A stretch of DNA of 64,000 bases, from positions 16,259 to 80,258 of the forward strand of contig JAFURZ010000005.1 of NCBI GenBank assembly GCA_017480785.1. The letters run 5' to 3'. The translations under genes and the position numbers were made by a program. Shown piece after piece: positions 26,595 through 34,203 of this stretch (its first letter is position 1; each line of letters opens with the position of its first letter). Below the pieces are notes generated by a model. The model ran no database searches. It saw nothing but the letters and a program-made list of their open reading frames with translations, and was not told the origin of the DNA. Source of the DNA: Bacteroidales bacterium (lineage in GTDB: Bacteria > Bacteroidota > Bacteroidia > Bacteroidales > P3).

Positions 26595-27677
26595 ATGACA
26601 CAGGAAGAGATAGACAAAAAGTATATGCGGCGCTGCCTGCAGCTGGCAGCCAACGGACTGGGTCGCGTGAGGCCCAACCCGTTGGTGGGGTGCGTGGTGG
26701 CGAGGCAAACGGAGAGTGGAGAGTGGAGAGTGGAGAGTGAAGGTTACCACCAATACTATGGCGGATGGCACGCCGAGCGCAACGCACTATTGCGTGCAAG
26801 CCAACTTTCAACTTTCAACTCTCAACTTTCAACTTTATATGTCAACCTCGAGCCCTGCTCGCACTACGGCCACACGCCACCCTGCGCCGACCTCATCATC
26901 GAGAAGGGCATCCGCCGGGTGGTCTGCTGCAACGACGACCCCAACCCCCTGGTGGCGGGGGGCGGCTTCCGCAAGCTGGAGGCCGCCGGCATCGAGGTGG
27001 TGCGTCACGTGCTCGAAGCGGAGGGCCGCGAACTGAACCGCCGCTTCTTCACCTTCATGGAGCAGCAGCGGCCCTACGTCATCCTCAAGTGGGCCGAGAG
27101 CAAGGACGGCTACATGGCGCCAAGCCCTAATTCTCAATCAGAACAAAAAGAAAATTCTGATAGTTCTTTTAGTTCTGATTGCAATAAAAAATACTGGCTC
27201 AGCACGCAGGAGCAGAACCGCCTGAACCACCGCTGGCGCACCGAGGAGGCCGCCATCCTCGTGGGCAGTGAGACCTTCCTGCGCGACCACCCCTCGCTCA
27301 CGGCACGCCACTACCTCGGTTCACAGCCGCAGCCCGTGGTGCTCGACCGCCGCGGACGCTTACTATCCCAATCAGAGGTTATTTCTCAATCAGGACTAAA
27401 AGAAAGTTCTGATAGTTCTTTTAGTTCTGATTGCAACAAAAGAGAATGGCTGGTTCTGCGGAGCCAGACCATCCCCGAGGTGCTGCATGCACTCTACGAG
27501 CACAAGCTGCAGAGCGTCATCGTCGAGGGCGGCCGCCAGATGCTGGACGCCTTCATCGAGAGCGGCCTCTACGACGAGGTGCGCATCCTCCGCAGCCTGC
27601 AGACCCTCGGCAGCGGCCTCAAGGCTCCCGCCATCCCGCCCATCGCCCCCAACCGCCTAATCATCATCGAGCCATGA
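26595..27677 (+). CDS. ribD: Bifunctional riboflavin biosynthesis deaminase/reductase RibD
   Basis: ORF 26562..27677 trimmed to ATG 26595, 10 nt after TAtcTTTG. Motifs RPNPLVGCVV, HAE, LEPCSHYGHTPPC and the reductase motif VIVEGGRQMLDAFIESGLYDEV. Confidence 0.9.
   Translation: MTQEEIDKKYMRRCLQLAANGLGRVRPNPLVGCVVARQTESGEWRVESEGYHQYYGGWHAERNALLRASQLSTFNSQLSTLYVNLEPCSHYGHTPPCADLIIEKGIRRVVCCNDDPNPLVAGGGFRKLEAAGIEVVRHVLEAEGRELNRRFFTFMEQQRPYVILKWAESKDGYMAPSPNSQSEQKENSDSSFSSDCNKKYWLSTQEQNRLNHRWRTEEAAILVGSETFLRDHPSLTARHYLGSQPQPVVLDRRGRLLSQSEVISQSGLKESSDSSFSSDCNKREWLVLRSQTIPEVLHALYEHKLQSVIVEGGRQMLDAFIESGLYDEVRILRSLQTLGSGLKAPAIPPIAPNRLIIIEP
26711..26738 (+). repeat. GGAGAGT x4 heptamer array inside ribD
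   Basis: Four perfect units read as ESGEWRVES. Confidence 0.9.
26803..26837 (+). repeat. AACTTTC x5 heptamer array inside ribD (imperfect inverse of 26711-26738)
   Basis: Units aactttc x2, aactctc, aactttc, aacttta. Read as QLSTFNSQLSTL. Confidence 0.9.
27127..27190 (+). repeat. In-frame palindromic element copy 1 inside ribD
   Basis: aatcagaacaaaaagaa...ttctgatagttcttttagttctgattgcaa. Reads PNSQSEQKENSDSSFSSDCNKK. Confidence 0.85.
27368..27445 (+). repeat. In-frame palindromic element copy 2 inside ribD
   Basis: caatcaggactaaaagaa...ttctgatagttcttttagttctgattgcaa (30 nt identical to copy 1). Reads SQSEVISQSGLKESSDSSFSSDCNKRE. Confidence 0.85.
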
Positions 27678-29416
27678 AACGCACACTACTCATAGCCCTG
27701 ATGCTCCTGCCGCTATTCCTGCGGGCACAGACAGTGGAGCCCACCTGGGAGAGACTCAATCAAAGAGGCTATCCGCAGTGGTTCAGCGACGCCAAGCTGG
27801 GCATTTTCATCCATTGGGGCCTCTACTCGGTGCCCGCCTATGCCGGCAAGGAGGGCTACGGCGAGTGGCTGTACAAAGGACTGATGAGCCGCGACCCCGG
27901 CCGCATGCGGGCTATGAGTTACTTCGCCGACACCACGCTGCCGGTGCGCGAGATGTACGGCCAGCTGACTCGCCACTGGCATGCCGAGCTGTGGAACCCG
28001 CAGGAGTGGGCGCGGATGTTCCGCGAGGCGGGGGCACAATACGTGATGCTGGTCACCAAGCACCACGACGGCTACAGCCTGTGGGACGACCCCTACCAGC
28101 CCGAGTGGAACAGCGTCGTCAGCGGCCCGCACCGCAACATCGTCGGGGAGCTGACTGAGGCCGTGCGCCGCGAGGGCCTCCGCATGTGCTTCTACTACTC
28201 GCTGCCGGAGTGGAGCAACCCGCTGCACCGCTGGACGGTGGCCCCCCACGACAGCATTGGCCGATACGTGGAGCAATACATGATACCGCAGTTCAAATCC
28301 CTCGTCAGCCGATACCACCCCGACGCCCTTTTCGCCGACGGCGATTGGGACTTCACCGCCGACCAGCTGCACAGCACCGACCTCATCGCCTGGTACTACC
28401 GCACCGTGGGTGACAAGGCCATCGTCAACGACCGCTGGGGCAAGGGCACGCAACACGGCTTCCGCACGCCGGAGTACAGCGCCGGCATCAGCGTGACAGA
28501 CAGGCCATGGGCCGAGTGCCGCGGCATTGGCCGCAGCTTCGGCCTGAACCGCAACGAGGACCTAGCCAACTACCTCACCTCCACCGAGCTCATCCAGCAC
28601 TTCTGCGAGCTGGTGGCCCACGGCGGCGGCCTCACCCTCAACGTGGGCCCCTACGCCGACGGCACCATCCCCCTCATCCAGCAGGAACGCCTGCAGGCGC
28701 TAGGCCGCTGGCTGCAAGTCAACGGAGAAGCCATCTACGGCAGCCGGCCCTACAGCATCCCTTGCCAGCAGGAACACATGTCAGCGGCGATGCCGCCGAA
28801 CACACACATCGACTACGACTGGGTGCGCAATGCTCCGCTGAAGGGGATGCCGGTGGACAACTTCACCATCCACTGGCATGGCATCTACAACGCACCCGAG
28901 AAGGGATGGTACCAGTTCAAAGCCGAGGCCGACGACGAGATGACGGTCGTCTACAATGGCGACACCATCTTGTATTACAACCATGCGTGGGCGGAAAACA
29001 AGCCTGCCACCAGGGTGCTGCTGAAACAGAACCAAGCCATTGAATTGGATGTATTCTACCGCGAGAAAGACCTTGAGGCTAAAGCTGCGCTCTATGTCGG
29101 CAAGGACGGAAAGGACTTTGCACTGGCCGACGGGGCATGGCACGGCATCGCCACCTGGGAGCGCACCTTCCGCTGCTTCACCGCCAAAGGTGACACCCTG
29201 TATGTGATAGAGTTCGAGCGTCCCGGCCAGACGGTAGTCATCCCCGACATGCCGCGTCTGCGGAAAGGCTCCACCGTCACCCTGCTCGGCACCACGGGCA
29301 CCATCCGCTGGAAGCAGAAGCGCGACAGCACCCTCACGCTCGACCTCTCCAGCCTCGACACCAAGGAACTGGGCGCCCTCGACCATGCCTGGGTGTTCCG
29401 AATCGAAAAACAATAA
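27674..29416 (+). CDS. Alpha-L-fucosidase (GH29) with C-terminal PA14-like region
   Basis: ORF 27431..29416 trimmed to ATG 27674 (MKRTLLIALMLLPLFLRAQ), which overlaps the ribD stop as ATGA. Motifs KLGIFIHWGLYSVPAY and YVMLVTKHHDGYSLWD. Confidence 0.9.
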   Translation: MKRTLLIALMLLPLFLRAQTVEPTWERLNQRGYPQWFSDAKLGIFIHWGLYSVPAYAGKEGYGEWLYKGLMSRDPGRMRAMSYFADTTLPVREMYGQLTRHWHAELWNPQEWARMFREAGAQYVMLVTKHHDGYSLWDDPYQPEWNSVVSGPHRNIVGELTEAVRREGLRMCFYYSLPEWSNPLHRWTVAPHDSIGRYVEQYMIPQFKSLVSRYHPDALFADGDWDFTADQLHSTDLIAWYYRTVGDKAIVNDRWGKGTQHGFRTPEYSAGISVTDRPWAECRGIGRSFGLNRNEDLANYLTSTELIQHFCELVAHGGGLTLNVGPYADGTIPLIQQERLQALGRWLQVNGEAIYGSRPYSIPCQQEHMSAAMPPNTHIDYDWVRNAPLKGMPVDNFTIHWHGIYNAPEKGWYQFKAEADDEMTVVYNGDTILYYNHAWAENKPATRVLLKQNQAIELDVFYREKDLEAKAALYVGKDGKDFALADGAWHGIATWERTFRCFTAKGDTLYVIEFERPGQTVVIPDMPRLRKGSTVTLLGTTGTIRWKQKRDSTLTLDLSSLDTKELGALDHAWVFRIEKQ

Positions 29417-29431
29417 AAGAAGAACAAACAA

Positions 29432-30174
29432 TCACCCTTTCACCTCGACTTTCTGGATGGGATGGCCGGCCACCTTGACGTAATAGAATCCAGCACCAGG
29501 CATGCGCATCACCACGCGCGGTTCGTCCCCTCCAGTACTCACAATATGCCCCATGGGATCGTAGACCTCGACTGGTAACACATCGGCACCCGTCACGATA
29601 ATTTGCAGCCCGTCGACAGCGACCGACACCTCCTGCACCTCCTCCTTGTCAGCCTTGTGAACACGCCGTCGCACCGCGTCTACAGCGACATTCCCAACAA
29701 TGTCGAAACGGGTCAACACCAGGCCCTCGGGCAGCATGCCTCCCGTGCAAACAATCTCCACACAAATATTCCGTCCACTGAAATGACTTAAATCGACACT
29801 GACATGTTCCTCGGCATGGCACACTGCAAGAGCCGCCACAAGCCATTCCAGCACGCCATCGCTACATCGCACACGCAGGGCATAGTGCAACGGAGAGTTG
29901 ACAGGAAGATTGTTGGAATAGTGAAGACCCAAATGTAGCGACATCTGCGAGCCAGTGGGAATACTGAACCATGGACTAATCAGCCGGTCGCCGTACTCGC
30001 AGAGGGTCAGGGCCGCGCCCCTCGCGACATCACGACTGTCGCCATAGCGCCAGCCACGAGGTGACAACCTGTCGTAACAGTACAATATTTTACCCCCCCC
30101 ACAACCTGCGCGGTTGCCGAAAGCGGGAGAAAAGACAGTAGTACCGCCACAAGATATATTTGCCTCAGGTTCAA
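29432..30174 (-). pseudogene. T9SS cargo protein (choice-of-anchor-J-like domain + C-terminal sorting domain), frameshifted at a G8 tract; phase-variation candidate
   Basis: The main ORF 29432..30199 has no signal peptide. The neighbouring frame (ORF 30007..30246) encodes MNLRQIYLVAVLLSFLPLSATAQ from TTG 30174. The two frames meet at C8 (+ strand, 30093-30100). The body has DRLISPWFSIPTGSQMSLHL and a CTD ending GFYYVKVAGHPIQKVEVKG. Confidence 0.55.
30093..30100 (-). repeat. G8 (C8 on + strand) homopolymer tract at the frameshift site of the T9SS cargo gene
   Basis: The signal-peptide frame and the body frame meet here. G9 (or G6) would fuse them. Confidence 0.85.
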
Positions 30175-30210
30175 GTCTGCAACGATATTGTAACCACAAA
30201 TTCCAAGGTG

Positions 30211-30279
30211 CAAAAGTACAACATTTTCAACAAATAGGCAAAACAATTGTCTCCATCTGGAAAAAAAGTTGTAATTTTG
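30211..30279. promoter_or_regulatory. Back-to-back promoters (T9SS cargo gene leftward, yigZ-like rightward)
   Basis: Leftward TActTTTG is the complement of 30211-30218; rightward TAatTTTG is at 30272-30279, 5 nt before ATG 30285. Confidence 0.6.
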
Positions 30280-30284
30280 CAGTC

Positions 30285-30887
30285 ATGTTCGACGACACCT
30301 ATAGAACCATCGCCGCACCCGCCGAGGGTCTCTACAAGGAGAAAGGCAGCAAGTTCCTGGCTTTCGCCTACCCCGTGCGCACCATCGACGAGGTGAAGGC
30401 CCATCTGGAGCAGCTGCGCAAGGACTACTTCGACGCACGGCACCACTGCTACGCCTACATCCTCGGGCCCCGCAAGGACGCCTTCCGCGCCAACGACGAC
30501 GGCGAACCCAGCGGCACCGGCGGCCGCCCCATCCACGGCCAGCTCCTCTCGGCCGACCTCACGGATACCTTGATAGTGGTGGTGCGCTACTTCGGCGGCA
30601 TCCTCCTCGGTGCCAGCGGCTTGGCCAACGCCTACAAGACCGCCGCACGTGACGCCATCGACCACGCCACCATCGTCGAACGCACCATCGACTGCCGCTA
30701 CCGCCTCACGTTCAAGTACGAAACGATGAACGACGTGATGCGCATACTCAAAGACTTCGACCTCAAACCGTTGAATCCGGTCTACAACCTCGACTGCATG
30801 CTCGAAGTGGCCATCCGCCAGTCGGAGAGCGTCCGCTTCTACGACGCCGTGGCCGACCTGCGGACCGTGGAAATCGAGCCGCTCTAG
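30285..30887 (+). CDS. YigZ/IMPACT family protein
   Basis: ORF 30114..30887 trimmed to ATG 30285. Motifs EKGSKFLAFAYPV, HHCYAYILG and NDDGEPSGTGGRPI. Confidence 0.85.
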   Translation: MFDDTYRTIAAPAEGLYKEKGSKFLAFAYPVRTIDEVKAHLEQLRKDYFDARHHCYAYILGPRKDAFRANDDGEPSGTGGRPIHGQLLSADLTDTLIVVVRYFGGILLGASGLANAYKTAARDAIDHATIVERTIDCRYRLTFKYETMNDVMRILKDFDLKPLNPVYNLDCMLEVAIRQSESVRFYDAVADLRTVEIEPL

Positions 30888-31077
30888 ACCCTCGGAAAAT
30901 ACATCGTGCGCGATGTAATTAGACATTCTCCACCCCTCTCCACCCCCGGGGCCCTCCCGCCTCCCTCCGACCCGCCCCCTCCCCGTCGGATGCGCCCCAA
31001 TTCCCTCATACAGCTACAACCACTTGATTATCAGCATCTATATAACCAAAATACATTTAAACCGCAGAAAATCAGCA

Positions 31078-31160
31078 TCAACTCCGTAACAACTCCGACT
31101 CAACTCCGACACAACTCCGACCATGGTCCGACTGCAGTCGGAGAATCGTCGGAGTAGTTT
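31078..31160. repeat. CAACTCCGAC(A/T) 11-nt tandem units with opposing GTCGGAG arms
   Basis: caactccgtaa/caactccgact/caactccgaca/caactccgacc ... gtcggagaatc/gtcggagtagtt. Confidence 0.75.
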
Positions 31161-31412
31161 TGGTGATGAAACGGAGGTGGTGCAGATTATATCGTGCACG
31201 ATTTAATTCACAATCCCGCACCACCGACGGTGGCCCAGGTCGGCGAGGTGGAGGAGGAGGAAAAAGCAGCCGGAGCAAAACTTTTTTTGGCCGTGTCGGA
31301 AAAAAGTTGTAATTTCGTGCTTTGAAGCAGCCCGCCCATTCGCGCCCTCGACAGCGTACAACGGGTTGATTTCGACGTAGATAAACCGTTTTGACAAAAT
31401 AGAGACATATAT

Positions 31413-34130
31413 ATGAAAAAGATGAAAAAAGGTCTGTTGCTGCTTGTCGCGGCCCTGTCGATAGCCACTGGCGCCCAGGCGCAGAAGAGCATCGCCCAGA
31501 AGGCCGACGACCTGTTCGACCAAAACCGCTTCGTGGAGGCCCTGGACCAATACACCAAGGCCTACGAGCGCATCAAGGACAACAAAGCCGAGAAGAACCG
31601 CCTCTACTTCCAGATGGCCGAGTGCTACCGGCTGATGTACGACTATCCCCGCGCCGAGCGCATATACAAGCGGTTGGCCAACGAAGGCTATGCCAACACC
31701 GAGCGCAAACTGTACTTCAACCTGGCGGAGATGTGCCGCTTCGAGGAGAAATTCGAGGAAGCCGACGAATACTACGGCAAGTATCTCGAGATGGAGCCGT
31801 CGGACAGCTATGCCGCCAAGCGGCGGGCCTCACTGCTGTATGCCAACCAGCTGTCAATCAACCGTACGCGCCACGAGATTGCGAAGATGGAAGAGTGGAG
31901 CAGCGACTACAACGACTGGGCGCCCCGCTTCGTCGGCGAGGACACCACCAAGCTGATATTCACCACCTCGCGCTTCGCCGAGGGCGAAGGACAGGGGGCC
32001 GACCCGTGGACCAACCAGGCTTTCTCCGACCTCTACCAGGTGTTTCAGGACCGCAACGGCCGCTGGACGAGCACTCCCGAACCCTTCGACAAGAGCGGCA
32101 AGATAAACACGATGGTCAATGAAGGCGAGCCCTGCTTCTCACCCGACGGCAACACCATCTACTTCACCCGCTGCGACGTGCGCGAGAAGGAGACCCTCGG
32201 CTGCCGCATCTACACCGCCTCGCGCGCCGTGGCGGCACCGGAGAAAAAGAAGAAGAAAACACCCGCCAAGAAGACCCAGACGGCCAAGGGCAAGAAGGGT
32301 GCATCCAACGACAAGCAGGCGGCCGCCAACGAGACGCCCGACGGTGAATGGAGCGAGCCCGTCATGCTGGTGCTGGGCGACTCGGCCTACAACTACCTCT
32401 ACCCCGCCGTGAGCAGCGACGGGCTGACGCTGTACTTCAGCAGCGACATGCCGGGCGGCTTCGGCGAGTACGACCTGTGGAAAGCCACCCGCAAGAGCAC
32501 TGCCGACGACTTCGGCCGCGCCGTCAACCTGAGTTCCATCGTGAACACCCCGGGCCGCGAGGTGATGCCGCTGCTGCGCACCGACTCGCTGCTCTACTTC
32601 TCGTCCGACGGTCATCCCGGCGTGGGCGGCCAGGACCTCTTCGTCACGCGCCTGCAGCGCAACGGCAAGTTCGATGTGCCCCAGAACATGGGGGTGCCCA
32701 TCAACTCGTCGTACGATGAGATGTCGATTGTGTTCTATCCCGTGGTGGGCGCCGGAAGCAACCTGCTGGAGCGCGGCTACTTCTCGTCGAACCGCCCCTT
32801 TGCCGACCCGCACAACAAGAACATCGCCAACCAGAACAAGAGCAAAACGGCCCCCATCAACGACGACCTCTACTACTTCGAATTGCCGGGGCTGAACTAC
32901 TCCATCGAAGGCATCGTGCGCGACGAGAAGTCGATGCAGCTGATGCAGGACGTGCGCGTGCGCCTCGTCGGCTCGGACGGCACCGAGAAGGAGGTGCGCA
33001 CCGACAAGCGGGGCTTCTACAAGTTCGACAGCACTGTGGTGCACCGCGACGTCATCTACAAACTCTACCTCTCGAAGAAGAACTACTACAGCATCGAGGG
33101 CTCGGAGAGCACCAAGGGATACAACAATAACAAATACATCAAGCACGACTTCCGCATGGACCCCGTGCCGCGCACACCGGTGGTGCTGCCCGAGATACGC
33201 TTCGACCTGGCCCGTACCGAGCTCAAGGGCGAGTTCATGGACTCGCTGATGGACCTGCTCATCGTCATGGAGAACAACCCCGGCCTGGTGGTGGAGATAC
33301 GCTCGCACACCGACTGCCAGCCCTATGTGGGCCTGACCAACGACACCCTCTCGCAACGCCGTGCACAGACAGTGGTCGACTACCTGGCCAACCGCGGCAT
33401 CGAGCGTGAACGGCTGGTAGCCAAGGGCTATGCCGACCGCGTGCCGCGCGTGCTCGACGAGGACATGACCGTCGTGCTCAACGGCAAGCCCTACACCTTC
33501 CTGAAAGGCACCGTGATGGATTGCGACTACATAGCCACCCTCAGCGGCGACCGGCAGCAGGCGGCCCACTCGCTCAACCGGCGCATTGAGTTCCTCGTGC
33601 TGCGTGACGACTACGTGTCGCGCCGCGAGATAGACAACATGACGCATCCCACCGACGGCAAGGTGGTCAACCTGGTCGACAACGAGCTGGAAGACCTCGA
33701 CCGCATCCAGCAACCCACCATCATACACGACGAGACCACCATCCCCGTCACCATGATTAACGCCACCCGTGGCGAAATCAACTGCATCATCAACAGCGCC
33801 CAGCAGATGCCCATGCTCATCGACGAGCGCTACCCCGAACCCATCGCCATCGCCTGGGAGGAGGCCATGAACCTGCTCTACCAGCAGCGCATCACCAAGG
33901 AGGACTTCCCGCTGCGCGACGAGAGTTTCGACCCCGAGGGCAACATCGTGGACCGTGCCACCTTGGTGTTCAAGGAGATGCAGATTGGCGAGCAGCGGCA
34001 GCGCAACGTCGAGGTGGTGGTGATGAAAGGCATCGACTACAAGTTCATCATCAACCGCACGGGTCTGCGCCAGTTTGGCGAGTATGAATTCGACAAGCAG
34101 CGCGCCAAGCTCATTTTCTTTGATGAGTAA
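31413..34130 (+). CDS. OmpA-family protein with PorE-like domain order (TPR, PD40 propeller, CarboxypepD_reg, OmpA_C) plus C-terminal extension
   Basis: 905-aa ORF with a signal peptide. PD40-like repeats (CFSPDGNTIYFTR, PAVSSDGLTLYFSSD, LYFSSDGHPGVGGQDLF), IEGIVRDEKSMQLMQDVRVRLVGSDG, and OmpA_C VVEIRSHTDCQPYVGLTNDTLSQRRAQTVVDYL. The PorE assignment is inference. Confidence 0.75.
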   Translation: MKKMKKGLLLLVAALSIATGAQAQKSIAQKADDLFDQNRFVEALDQYTKAYERIKDNKAEKNRLYFQMAECYRLMYDYPRAERIYKRLANEGYANTERKLYFNLAEMCRFEEKFEEADEYYGKYLEMEPSDSYAAKRRASLLYANQLSINRTRHEIAKMEEWSSDYNDWAPRFVGEDTTKLIFTTSRFAEGEGQGADPWTNQAFSDLYQVFQDRNGRWTSTPEPFDKSGKINTMVNEGEPCFSPDGNTIYFTRCDVREKETLGCRIYTASRAVAAPEKKKKKTPAKKTQTAKGKKGASNDKQAAANETPDGEWSEPVMLVLGDSAYNYLYPAVSSDGLTLYFSSDMPGGFGEYDLWKATRKSTADDFGRAVNLSSIVNTPGREVMPLLRTDSLLYFSSDGHPGVGGQDLFVTRLQRNGKFDVPQNMGVPINSSYDEMSIVFYPVVGAGSNLLERGYFSSNRPFADPHNKNIANQNKSKTAPINDDLYYFELPGLNYSIEGIVRDEKSMQLMQDVRVRLVGSDGTEKEVRTDKRGFYKFDSTVVHRDVIYKLYLSKKNYYSIEGSESTKGYNNNKYIKHDFRMDPVPRTPVVLPEIRFDLARTELKGEFMDSLMDLLIVMENNPGLVVEIRSHTDCQPYVGLTNDTLSQRRAQTVVDYLANRGIERERLVAKGYADRVPRVLDEDMTVVLNGKPYTFLKGTVMDCDYIATLSGDRQQAAHSLNRRIEFLVLRDDYVSRREIDNMTHPTDGKVVNLVDNELEDLDRIQQPTIIHDETTIPVTMINATRGEINCIINSAQQMPMLIDERYPEPIAIAWEEAMNLLYQQRITKEDFPLRDESFDPEGNIVDRATLVFKEMQIGEQRQRNVEVVVMKGIDYKFIINRTGLRQFGEYEFDKQRAKLIFFDE

Positions 34131-34134
34131 CACA

Positions 34135-34203
34135 GTGGATAGTGGGCAGTGGGTAGTGGGTAGCACACGTGGTCAGCAGCTACCCACTACCCACTACCCA
34201 CTA
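34135..34203. repeat. GTGGGTA x4 / TACCCAC x3 hairpin between the PorE-like stop and the miaA core
   Basis: gtgggtagtgggtagc (34149-34164) pairs perfectly with gctacccactacccac (34179-34194). Confidence 0.9.

Noticed and set aside
30906-31157. 83-aa Pro-rich ORF and other small ORFs in the 525-nt spacer upstream of the PorE-like gene.
   Set aside because: The sequence is low-complexity and overlaps the 11-nt repeat hairpin. There is no promoter or signal. It is treated as non-coding.
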